A DNA stretch of 32,000 nt from the NCBI RefSeq assembly GCF_002075285.3, contig NZ_CP021983.2:180001-212000 (forward strand), given 5' to 3'. Below, one piece after another: positions 1 to 7,647 of this stretch. The translations under genes and the position numbers were made by a program. Each line of letters starts with the position of its first letter. Position 1 is the stretch's first letter. A model generated the notes under the pieces. The model was not told where the DNA came from and did not search any database. It was given only the letters and a program-made list of their open reading frames with translations. This DNA comes from Halomicronema hongdechloris C2206. GTDB taxonomy: Bacteria; Cyanobacteriota; Cyanobacteriia; Phormidesmidales; Phormidesmidaceae.

Positions 1-1160
1 TGGGGAGATTGACTGCCATTTCTAGGGCGACACGCAACCGGTGCACCACCTGCTGCACCTGAGTCTCACTCAGCCCTGGATACATCGGCAGGGACACAAT
101 TTCTTGACTGAGTCGCTCGGCTTGGGGAAAGTCTCCCAGATCATAGCCCAAGTCCTGAAAAGCAGGTTGCAGGTGACAGGGAATGGGATAGTGGATCCCT
201 GTCTGAATGCCGGCGGCAGCCAAAGCCTGCTGTAGGGTGTCACGGTCTAGGGGACAGGCTGCAGTCACCCGCACCACATAGAGGTGGTAAACATGGCCCG
301 GGCCACTCTGATTCCGCAGGGGATGGATGCCATATTCTGCCAAAGGTTGCAGAGAATAGTCATAGCGGCTGGCCATTTGATTGCGGGCTTGATTCCATTG
401 CTCCAGATGGGGCAGCTTTAGGGCCAATACAGCCGCCTGCAGGGTATCGAGGCGGCTGTTGGTGCCTGTGGCCTCGGTGTGATAGTACTTATGGGCCGCT
501 CCATAGTTACGCAGCGATCGCAACTTCTGGGCAATGGCATCGGTGTTGGTCAAGACCATGCCGCCGTCTCCTAACGCCCCCAAATTTTTACTGGGGTAGA
601 AGCTAAAGGCGGCAGCGACTCCGACGGCCCCAGCCCGATACCCCTGGCGCTGGGCCAGATGGGCTTGGGCGGCATCTTCGAAGATGAGCAGATCGTGCTG
701 GCTAGCAAACCGCTGCAGGGCATCTGGGGCCACCATCTGACCGTAGAGATGAACGGGCACAATCGCCCGAGTGCGAGCGCTGATGGCTGCTGCCGCCGCC
801 GCCAAGTCGATCAAGGCAGTGTCACCATCACAATCCACCAGAACCGGGGTGGCTCCTGCCCGCAATACTCCAATTAGCGTCGCCACAAAGGTATTGGCTG
901 GCAGCAACACCTCGTCGCCGGGGCCGATGCCACAGGCGCGTAGCCCCAATGCGATCGCATCGGTGCCCGAGGCTACCCCCCCCATGGGCCACCCCAGCAG
1001 CCTGGGCAAAGGCCTGTTCAAACTGGGCCACGGCCCCGCCCAAGACAAAATCTCCCCGCGCCAAAATGGCTGCCACCGCGGCCAGGATATCTGATTGCAG
1101 CGGCTGATGTTGCAGTCGTAAATCGACAAAGGGAACTCCCGTAGCAACCGAATCTGTCAT
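1..1160 (-). pseudogene. DegT/DnrJ/EryC1/StrS-family PLP-dependent (sugar) aminotransferase. The 3' end runs off the window edge. The reading frame is interrupted at the C8 tract at 976-983.
   Basis: The minus-strand ATG at 1160 opens MTDSVATGVPFVDLRLQHQPLQSDILAAVAAILARGDFVLGGAVAQFEQAFAQAAGVAHGG. After the G8 run (coding strand) the family sequence continues only in the -1 frame: VASGTDAIALGLRACGIGPGDEVLLPANTFVATL...FSFYPSKNLGALGDGG (PLP-lysine motif)...GTNSRLDTLQAAVL...IHYPIPCHLQPAF...SLPMYPGLSE. That frame stays open down to base 1. The original frame terminates at 828 after non-family sequence. Confidence 0.8.
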
Positions 1161-1392
1161 AGAGTTAAGCGTTAATAACAACCTAGGCTCACCCGAGCCA
1201 TCGTCCAGGCCTGATCGCCGATGACATACCAACAAATCCCTCCCCCATTGGAAGAGATTTCGGCCCCCTTGCCTACCGAAAAATCGTAAAGTCTCTGTTA
1301 AAACTGGAGAGAGAATGACCAAGGGGGGCTCTCCCCTGGTCGCTAGGGTCCCTCAGAGCCTACTTATCCATCACCCGTTACGCCATAACGTC

Positions 1393-1761
1393 ATGGACTT
1401 TGAAACGGCCCGGCAGGTCTTACTGCAGCAAACCATCGCTCCGGCAGCAGACAAAACCACGACCTTTATCCATTGCCTGCAGCAACAACAGCCCCCAGTG
1501 CCAGGCCAAGTCACGTCCCTGTTGCTGGCCCTGAAGGTGTTGCGCTCGGGTTTGCAGGGAGAACCCACCCTCGGCCGGGACCTGGCCTATGCCCTCTTCC
1601 TGGTGGCCTACGAAAGCCGCCGTCTCTATGAAGCAGGGCGTCAGGCCGGGTGGAATGGCCTCCCCTCTTGGATGAAGATCTGCAGCGGATTGGGGCTGCT
1701 GCTAAAGCAATTTTGGCCGATGGCATCGCCTCAAACTAACCGCCCCCTCGGTCTCCACTAG
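1393..1761 (+). CDS. Hypothetical protein. The C-terminus may be frameshifted, with an alternative stop at 1737-1739.
   Basis: The ORF runs 1315-1761. The ATG at 1393 (MDFETARQVLLQQ...) is the more plausible start. The first ~85 aa look protein-like. The last ~35 aa (NGLPSWMKICSGLGLLLKQFWPMASPQTNRPLGLH) look unnatural, while the -1 frame reads VEWPPLLDEDLQRIGAAAKAILADGIASN*. Confidence 0.45.
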   Translation: MDFETARQVLLQQTIAPAADKTTTFIHCLQQQQPPVPGQVTSLLLALKVLRSGLQGEPTLGRDLAYALFLVAYESRRLYEAGRQAGWNGLPSWMKICSGLGLLLKQFWPMASPQTNRPLGLH

Positions 1762-1883
1762 TCAGCTGAGTTAGCGCCTTAGTTCGGGAAACCATACTCA
1801 ACACCGTCCTTCCAGCAGATTCGATATTAGGGCGAATCGATAATCGATATTAGTCTATGGACAGCACAGCCAGGGGGAGTGGG

Positions 1884-3254
1884 ATGGCGTATCGGTTTCC
1901 ACCGACGTTTCAGTGGGGAGTGGCCACGGCGGCCTATCAGATTGAGGGAGCGGTGGCCGAGGCGGGTCGACGGCCTAGCGTTTGGGATACCTTTAGTGCT
2001 GAGCCAGGACGAGTATTCCAGGGGCAGACTGGAGCTGACGCTTGTGATCATTACCATCGCTACGGCGATGACATTCGCCTGATGGCAGATCTGGGCGTGA
2101 CCCACTATCGTTTCAGCATCGCCTGGCCCCGAGTCATCCCGGAGGGCAGCGGGCCGGTGAATGAGGCCGGGCTAGATTTCTATGAACGCTTGGTGGATAC
2201 CCTGTTGGCCCATGGCATTGTGCCCCATGCCACCCTTTTCCATTGGGACAGTCCCCAGGCCTTAGACGATCGCTATGGCTCTTGGCGTAGTCGTCAGATG
2301 GCCTATGATTTTGCCGACTATGTCACCGTGGTGGTGGAGCGGCTGTGCGATCGCATCCATGACTGGATGACCGTGAATGAAATTCCCTGCTTTACTCACC
2401 TGGGCTATGGGGTGAGCCAGGTGCCCCCCCATGCCCCTGGCACCCAGGTGCCAACCACTCAGCAGGTGTGGCAGACCTCTCACCATGCCTTACTGGCCCA
2501 TGGCTTGGCCTGTAAAGCGATTCGAGCCACCTCCCGACAGCCCTGCCGCATTGCCCTGGTGGATAATTTCTTGGTCCCCGTCCCCTGGGTCGAGACCCCC
2601 GAGCACATTGCCGCCGCCCAAGCCGCCTTTCCCACCCTGGGCAGCAATGGCGGCGTGATTATGCCAGCGCTGACCGGGCAATACAGCGAAGCCCTCCTGG
2701 CTCAGTTAGGGGAGGCTGCGCCTACCATCGAACCGGGGGATCTCGCCCTGATCCATCAGCCCCTCGATGCCATCGGCTTCAATGTCTACAGCGGCGTCTA
2801 TGTGCGGGCTGCTGAGACCCCCACGGGATATGAGGTGTTACCCTATCCTCCCGGCTATCCCCGCCTGCACATGCCCTGGCTGCAGGTGGTGCCCGAGAGT
2901 CTCTACTGGGGAGTGCGCCATCTGAGTGAGACGCTACAGCGCCCCGATCTGCCGGTCTTCATCAGCGAGAATGGCTGTGCCGCCCAAGATACCGTCACCC
3001 CAGCCGGGGAAGTGCTGGATCTCGACCGAATTTACTACTTGCGTCAGTACCTGCAGGCAACCCACCGAGCCGTAGAGGAGGGCTATCCGTTACAGGGTTA
3101 CTTTCTCTGGAGCCTGTTGGACAATTTCGAGTGGTCCTACGGCTACGACCGACGCTTTGGCATTACCTATGTGGACTATGCCACCCAGCAGCGCCTTCCC
3201 AAGGCCAGTTTCCACTGGTATGGCGCCTGCATTCGGGAGAATCGAGTGCTTTAG
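1884..3254 (+). CDS. Glycoside hydrolase family 1 beta-glucosidase
   Basis: GH1 signatures are present: FPPTFQWGVATAAYQIEG, TLFHWDSP, TVNEIP (acid/base Glu of the NEP motif), FISENG (nucleophile Glu of the I/VTENG motif) and FLWSLLDNFEW. The ATG at 1884 is preceded by AGGGGGAG. The ORF track starts at 1857, which has no Shine-Dalgarno sequence. Confidence 0.93.
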   Translation: MAYRFPPTFQWGVATAAYQIEGAVAEAGRRPSVWDTFSAEPGRVFQGQTGADACDHYHRYGDDIRLMADLGVTHYRFSIAWPRVIPEGSGPVNEAGLDFYERLVDTLLAHGIVPHATLFHWDSPQALDDRYGSWRSRQMAYDFADYVTVVVERLCDRIHDWMTVNEIPCFTHLGYGVSQVPPHAPGTQVPTTQQVWQTSHHALLAHGLACKAIRATSRQPCRIALVDNFLVPVPWVETPEHIAAAQAAFPTLGSNGGVIMPALTGQYSEALLAQLGEAAPTIEPGDLALIHQPLDAIGFNVYSGVYVRAAETPTGYEVLPYPPGYPRLHMPWLQVVPESLYWGVRHLSETLQRPDLPVFISENGCAAQDTVTPAGEVLDLDRIYYLRQYLQATHRAVEEGYPLQGYFLWSLLDNFEWSYGYDRRFGITYVDYATQQRLPKASFHWYGACIRENRVL

Positions 3255-3263
3255 GGCCACCTC

Positions 3264-3599
3264 TTACAGGTCGCGCTGAAAGTCTTCTAGACGCCGTAGT
3301 AGGTCCTGCTGGCAGCCGGCGGGGACTAGCTCCCCTAGGGGCAGCTGTTGTCGCCCTCCCCCTAGGGGCACCGAGATGTCTTTCAGTGCCGCTGCGATCG
3401 CATCAGCTGAAATCTTACCCTCGGTCAGGCTGGGGTACAGGGCATTGGCCAGAGTTTGATGCAGCCGGGTGCCCTTGACCTTGGCATCCCTGAGATAGAG
3501 ATGCCACTGGGCAACGTCAATGTAGACCACATCGCCGATCTCACTGGCCAGGGCCTCCAGGGTTGCCGCAGTGTCGTAGCTACTCATATTGCTACTCAT
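3264..3599 (-). CDS. Small conserved cyanobacterial protein of unknown function (resembles the DUF3181 family from memory)
   Basis: This is a 111-aa ORF (LEALASEIGDVVYIDVAQWHLYLRDAKV...). Its ATG lies 1 nt after the stop of the upstream 2TM gene, so the pair looks translationally coupled. The family assignment is from recollection only. Confidence 0.6.
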   Translation of the reverse strand: MSSNMSSYDTAATLEALASEIGDVVYIDVAQWHLYLRDAKVKGTRLHQTLANALYPSLTEGKISADAIAAALKDISVPLGGGRQQLPLGELVPAGCQQDLLRRLEDFQRDL

Positions 3600-3600
3600 G

Positions 3601-3906
3601 TTAAGTTTCTCTCTGCTTCGTCGCCTCGGTCGTCACATCGGCCGTTGCGTCATCATCCGGCACACTTGGCTTTGAGTAATTTGCGATCGCAAAGATATAA
3701 ATGCCATGGATGGCCAATCCAGCCACCCAAATCCCAGTTACCTTAGCCACCCAAGGCACCCAGAGGGAGTTTAGCTGATGGGCAAACCATAGCCCCGAAT
3801 TGACCGCTGCAAAGAGAGCCACGTGGACAGCGAAATTGATGCGATCTTCCAAACGGCGGTAAGCCGAATCACGACGGTCAGGTTTGCGGGGCCAACGAGG
3901 AGGCAT
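3601..3906 (-). CDS. 2TM-domain small membrane protein
   Basis: A basic N-terminus (RRLEDRINFAVHVALFAAVNSGLWF) is followed by a second hydrophobic helix (WVAGLAIHGIYIFAI) and an acidic tail, which is typical 2TM-domain architecture. The ORF track opens at a TTG at 3918. The first ATG is at 3906. Confidence 0.65.
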   Translation of the reverse strand: MPPRWPRKPDRRDSAYRRLEDRINFAVHVALFAAVNSGLWFAHQLNSLWVPWVAKVTGIWVAGLAIHGIYIFAIANYSKPSVPDDDATADVTTEATKQRET

Positions 3907-3949
3907 AGGAATTTCCAAGACGGCGTTCGTTTATCCATTGTAGAAGGTC

Positions 3950-4026
3950 GTGGGGGAGTGGGAGAGTGGGGGAGTGGAAGAGTGGGGGAGTGGAAGAGTG
4001 GAAAAGTGAAGAGTGAAGAGTGTAGG
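3950..4026. repeat. Degenerate tandem repeat: 7 x 8-bp GTGGRRGA units followed by 3 x 7-bp GTGAAGA-like units
   Basis: Read directly: gtggggga gtgggaga gtggggga gtggaaga gtggggga gtggaaga gtggaaaa gtgaaga gtgaaga gtgtagg. The plus strand has no C across the tract. Confidence 0.9.
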
Positions 4027-4114
4027 GCTGTGCCCGTGCGTAGCAGCAGAGTGGGCGGGTGGATGAGTAGACGAGTGAGTGGGTAAAGGAGACAGGGAAC
4101 AGGTAAGGAGTGAA

Positions 4115-4134
4115 GGGGTGTTGGGGTGTTGGGG
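4115..4134. repeat. GGGGTGTT x 2.5 micro-tandem repeat (three G4 runs)
   Basis: Read directly: ggggtgtt ggggtgtt gggg. Confidence 0.85.
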
Positions 4135-4289
4135 AGAAGAGTTTTAAGGTCTTAGGGTTGAGTGTTGAGTTCTCTCGGGAATGATTGAATTCACGCCTCA
4201 ACCAGTCTCCAGTCAAAACTCTTTTTCCTGCCTATGCCTGTCTCTGCTTTGGTTTATTCGTCAGGTAGAAGAGCCCCTCGCTACTCTGC

Positions 4290-4525
4290 CGATGCGACGC
4301 GATCCTGAACGGCCAATTGACCAGCCCGTCCGTAGGGTCCAGGGCGGTAGTTCGACTGCGGAGCCGCTGAGTGCAAAGCACTCGCGTCGCGTTTCATGTC
4401 GCTTGCGAAACGCGCTTGGCGAAGCCGTTCGGCCGAGCTCAGGCCGAGGCCTGGCTGAAAGCCATACACCACAGGCAGTTCGACTCCGCTCACCAGCAGC
4501 GATTTGCTCTGGTTTTAGGATGCCT
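4290..4525. other. Hairpin-dense non-coding block containing two copies of an AGTTCGACT..CCGCT + hairpin module. It may be a short dispersed repeat or a structured RNA.
   Basis: Copy 1 has AGTTCGACT at 4349-4357, CCGCT at 4364-4368 and the hairpin gagtgc-aaa-gcactc at 4369-4383. Copy 2 has AGTTCGACT at 4477-4485, CCGCT at 4486-4490 and the hairpin ccagcagc-gattt-gctctgg at 4493-4512. Other stems are cgcgtttc/gaaacgcg (4388-4395 / 4407-4414), tggc-tgaaa-gcca (4452-4464), and a possible long-range pairing of gcgacgcga (4294-4302) with tcgcgtcgc (4382-4390). ORFs here are short and have unnatural composition. Confidence 0.5.
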
Positions 4526-4609
4526 GAGGAAATGCACTCTCTCTCCTAACCCGTTAGATGTTCGCCTAAGAAGCTCAGGGTAAGCCCATAGAGACTTGTC
4601 CCGCCGCTC

Positions 4610-5095
4610 TTATTCCCCCCTGCGCCACTCTCCCGACTTCCCACCAGTTTTCTGCAGCAGGCGAATCTCGCCAATGGTCATGGATTTCTCCAGAGCCTTG
4701 GCCATATCGTAGAGGGTCAGGGCAGCTACCGATACCGCCGTCAGCGCTTCCATTTCCACCCCGGTTTCGGCCTTGGTCTTGACCGTTGCCCGGATCTCAT
4801 ATCCTGGTAGGGCCGGGGCAGCTTCGATGGTTACCTCGATGGTCTGCAGGGGTAGAGGATGGCACAGAGGAATCAGGTTAGCCGTCTGTTTGGCGGCCAT
4901 GATGCCAGCCAGGCGAGCGGTTCCCAGTACATCGCCCTTGGGAGTATTGCCAGCCTCGATGGCGGCCAGTGTCTTTGGGGCCATTGACACATGGCCAGCA
5001 GCCGTTGCCACCCGTACCGTCGCTGCCTTGGCCGACACATCGACCATATGGGCATTCCCCTGAGCATCCAAATGGGTCAATTCAGAAGATGTCAT
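4610..5095 (-). CDS. moaC: Cyclic pyranopterin monophosphate synthase MoaC
   Basis: MoaC motifs are present: [51 protein letters not shown]. The second ATG (5095, MTSSELTHL) is preceded by GAGGAA. The ORF track start at 5116 is also possible. Confidence 0.93.
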   Translation of the reverse strand: MTSSELTHLDAQGNAHMVDVSAKAATVRVATAAGHVSMAPKTLAAIEAGNTPKGDVLGTARLAGIMAAKQTANLIPLCHPLPLQTIEVTIEAAPALPGYEIRATVKTKAETGVEMEALTAVSVAALTLYDMAKALEKSMTIGEIRLLQKTGGKSGEWRRGE

Positions 5096-5147
5096 GGCAA
5101 ATTCCTCAGCAGCCATCGATAAGTGTGTTAGTATTAGTTTCCGTTGA

Positions 5148-5221
5148 GGGCGTGTAGCTCAGTGGACTAGAGCACGTGGCTACGGACCACGGTGTCGGGG
5201 GTTCGAATCCCTCCTCGCCCG
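5148..5221 (+). tRNA. tRNA-Arg (anticodon ACG); CCA not encoded
   Basis: Cloverleaf by eye: acceptor GGGCGTG, D-arm GCTC-AGTGGACTA-GAGC, anticodon stem CGTGG/CCACG with loop CTACGGA, and T-arm GGGGG-TTCGAAT-CCCTC. The 3' acceptor strand is CTCGCCC, with one U-U mismatch. From recollection this mismatch is shared with plastid and cyanobacterial trnR-ACG. Confidence 0.92.
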
Positions 5222-6532
5222 TTATTTACCGGCAACGTAGGGATCTACGGCATAGACGTCGCGGCCACGCCCCAAGGCAAATCGTAGGGAATGGGGCAGA
5301 TCTTTGCTAGAGGCAGTGACAAACACTCCCAGCCCAATCAGAGTCATCAGGGCAGCCAGGCCAAAGATACCGCGATAACCGATGGCATCTGCAATGCCAC
5401 CAAAGGTGGGGCCTGCCAGGGCGATCCCCACATCAAATCCCACCATGGCCAATCCAAACACTCGACCCCGCTCGTCAGATTCAGATCGATCCCCCATTAG
5501 AGCCGCGATCATGGGAATCAAGGTCCCTGCCGCCATCCCCTGCACTAACCCTGCTAGTAAAAACCAGGAAGCACTATCGGCCCACCAGAATATCGCCATG
5601 GCCAGAGTGTAGAGGGCCAAACTGAGGGTGATGAAACGGCCGCGGCCATGGCGATCCGAGGCTCGCCCCACCAAGATGCGAATGGTAAAGCTGGCCAGGG
5701 CGGAAGCAGTGTAGATCAATCCTACATTGAGGCTAACGCCGCTCTCTCGCATATATAGCGGGACAAACGTGGTCAGGGTGCCGAAGGCCAGGCCCACCAT
5801 GAGCAAGATAATGGCTGGCGTCCGTACCCGCGGTGTCCATAGCAGGCGCCAAAACGGGTGGGGCTCCTCAGTATTTCCTAGGGAGCGAGGCCGGGGTTGG
5901 TAAGTCTCCTTCACTCCCAGGCAGCAGAGCAGACCAATCAGGCCCAAGATTCCCATGGCCAGAAAGGCTACTTCAAAGCCGGTGCCTTCTAGCAGAAAGC
6001 CCCCCAGTGCTGGACCCAGGGCTAGCCCCACTGGATTGACCAGACTCATGTAGCCAATCAATTCTCCTCGATTCTGGGGGGGTGAGATATCGACGATCAA
6101 GGCGCTGTAGGCTACTACAAAGGCAGCAATACTGAGGCCATGGAAGGCTCGTATGGCCATGATCGCCAGGAGTGATACATCTAAAGTTACTTGCTGGGAG
6201 CCCCATGGCAGCGACAGCACCGTATGGGGCAAAACCTTAATGCTGAGATAGCCCAAGGGAGCCAAGGCAATGGCCCCGATGCCAATCAACAACACTAGCT
6301 TGCGGCCTCGCTCATCAGCCAGGCGAGATAGCCGTGGCCGAGCCAGCAGAAGCCCTAACGCGAAGGAGGCCATGACAATCCCGATTTGCTGGCCACTGGC
6401 CCCTAGGGTCTCAATGAACAGAGGCAGAATCGGTAATAGCCCGGCCAATCCGGCCCAGAAACAGAGTCCGGCAACAAATAGGGCAGCTAGATTAAACCGC
6501 AATGCAGGACTAAAGGACAAAAAGATCTTCAA
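5222..6532 (-). CDS. MFS transporter
   Basis: Multiple TM helices are present, plus the MFS loop motif LARPRLSRLADERGRK (the G-x-L-x-D-R-x-G-R-K/R type between TM2 and TM3) and a second-half repeat VGRASDRHGR. The ORF track opens at a TTG at 6619, which would overlap the divergent gene. The TTG at 6532 (KIFLSFSPALRFNLAALFVAGLCFW) is preceded by AGGGAG and gives a typical N-terminus. No in-frame ATG occurs before residue ~81. Confidence 0.85.
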   Translation of the reverse strand: MKIFLSFSPALRFNLAALFVAGLCFWAGLAGLLPILPLFIETLGASGQQIGIVMASFALGLLLARPRLSRLADERGRKLVLLIGIGAIALAPLGYLSIKVLPHTVLSLPWGSQQVTLDVSLLAIMAIRAFHGLSIAAFVVAYSALIVDISPPQNRGELIGYMSLVNPVGLALGPALGGFLLEGTGFEVAFLAMGILGLIGLLCCLGVKETYQPRPRSLGNTEEPHPFWRLLWTPRVRTPAIILLMVGLAFGTLTTFVPLYMRESGVSLNVGLIYTASALASFTIRILVGRASDRHGRGRFITLSLALYTLAMAIFWWADSASWFLLAGLVQGMAAGTLIPMIAALMGDRSESDERGRVFGLAMVGFDVGIALAGPTFGGIADAIGYRGIFGLAALMTLIGLGVFVTASSKDLPHSLRFALGRGRDVYAVDPYVAGK

Positions 6533-6603
6533 CGTATCTGTGCACTCCCTTCGCGACCATTGGTAACGGATGCCTATCTCTATGAGTAGCAGATTGTTAA
6601 CAA

Positions 6604-7107
6604 ATGTTGCAGAAATCAATTCAACGCACCGCCGTCTTTGACCCCAGTGGTCGTTATCGTTATCGATTGGAACGCTACTGGCATCCCATGGATGCCAGGC
6701 TAACGCTGATTATGCTGAACCCCAGTCGAGCCGATGCCAAGGACGATGATCCCACCCTGCGGCGGTGTATCGGTTTGGCGCAGAGATGGGGGTATGGGGG
6801 CCTGGTAGTCGTCAATCTGTTTGCTTACTGCACGGCTGACCCGCGAGCCTTAAAACAGGCCCAGAATCCCATCGGGGTAGACACCGATGCCTACTTACTC
6901 GAGGCTGCTGCTGAGGCGACTACGATTGGGTTGGCCTGGGGCAACGGTGGTGGTTTTATGGGCCGCGATCGCATCGTCTGCCAACTGCTATCCCCCTACC
7001 GAGCCCAGTGGCACTGCCTGGGACGCACCCAAACCGGTCACCCTCGCCACCCGCTCTATGTGCCGCGCTCAGTCACCCTAATACCCTGGAGCCCTGAGGT
7101 CAGCTAA
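6604..7107 (+). CDS. DUF1643 domain-containing protein
   Basis: Family hallmarks are recognised: RYRYRLERYW, IMLNPSRADA..DDPTLRRCIGLA, GYGGLVVVNLFA, AWGNGG, GHPRHPLY. Confidence 0.85.
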   Translation: MLQKSIQRTAVFDPSGRYRYRLERYWHPMDARLTLIMLNPSRADAKDDDPTLRRCIGLAQRWGYGGLVVVNLFAYCTADPRALKQAQNPIGVDTDAYLLEAAAEATTIGLAWGNGGGFMGRDRIVCQLLSPYRAQWHCLGRTQTGHPRHPLYVPRSVTLIPWSPEVS

Positions 7108-7523
7108 ATCAAATGCTTCACCATCTTGATATGGGGAATGCCGGCTTCCTGGTAGATAGGACCTTCCTCCTGGAAGCCCAGCTTTCGATAAAATGCGATC
7201 GCATGGCACTGGGCCGACACTATAATTTGCCGATGGTTATCTGTAGCGGCCGCCATCATCAACGTTTCCATAATGGCTTTGCCAATACCCCGCCTCCGCA
7301 ACGGGCGACTCACCGCCACCCGTCCGATGTAACCAGTCGGAAGCAACCGTCCCGTCCCCACGGGGTGTTCATGCCACCAAGCCAGAGCATGGGTAGCCAA
7401 CGGATCAAAGGCATCTATTTCAAGTTCTGGCGGCACCCGTTGCTCGTAGACAAAGACTTCGGTACGAATCTGGTGAATGATTGCCTTAAAAGCATAGTAA
7501 TCAACCAGACCGACGCGAAGCAT
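7104..7523 (-). CDS. GNAT-family N-acetyltransferase (ElaA/YjcF-like)
   Basis: The acetyl-CoA binding motif is VAVSRPLRRRGIGKAIM, and the C-terminal segment is AIAFYRKLGFQEEG. The ATG at 7523 (MLRVGLVD...) gives a ~139-aa protein. The ORF extends to 7667 but would then overlap the upstream gene. Confidence 0.85.
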   Translation of the reverse strand: MLRVGLVDYYAFKAIIHQIRTEVFVYEQRVPPELEIDAFDPLATHALAWWHEHPVGTGRLLPTGYIGRVAVSRPLRRRGIGKAIMETLMMAAATDNHRQIIVSAQCHAIAFYRKLGFQEEGPIYQEAGIPHIKMVKHLI

Positions 7524-7647
7524 AACGGGCACCCAACGGAAAAAGCCTTTCCATCGTCCCGCAAAGGCTTCCCCAGGTAAACATTGGGGAGAACCCCCAG
7601 AATCTATGCCACCGTTGTGATAACTATCACCATCAAATTGATGGGTA

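Noticed and set aside
4340-4500. tmRNA or tRNA-like element, suggested by two GGNAGTTCGACTNC strings that resemble T-arm or tmRNA termini
   Set aside because: Neither copy forms a T-stem, because the flanks are not complementary. No acceptor-stem pairing or CCA context exists. The 128-nt spacing is far too short for a one-piece tmRNA. No tag-peptide reading frame ending in a stop was seen.
3823-4583. ORFs 3823-4086, 3878-4216, 4181-4549, 4281-4493 and 4371-4583 in the long spacer
   Set aside because: Their translations are dominated by the tandem repeat (HSSLFHSSTPPLFHSPTLPLPH) or by hairpin arms (R/A/S-rich). No start context and no family resemblance were found, so the region is treated as non-coding.
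5096-5147. Moco riboswitch upstream of moaC
   Set aside because: Only 31-52 nt separate the moaC start from the tRNA gene, which is too short for the ~130-nt Moco motif. The structured block at 4290-4525 lies downstream of moaC, not upstream.
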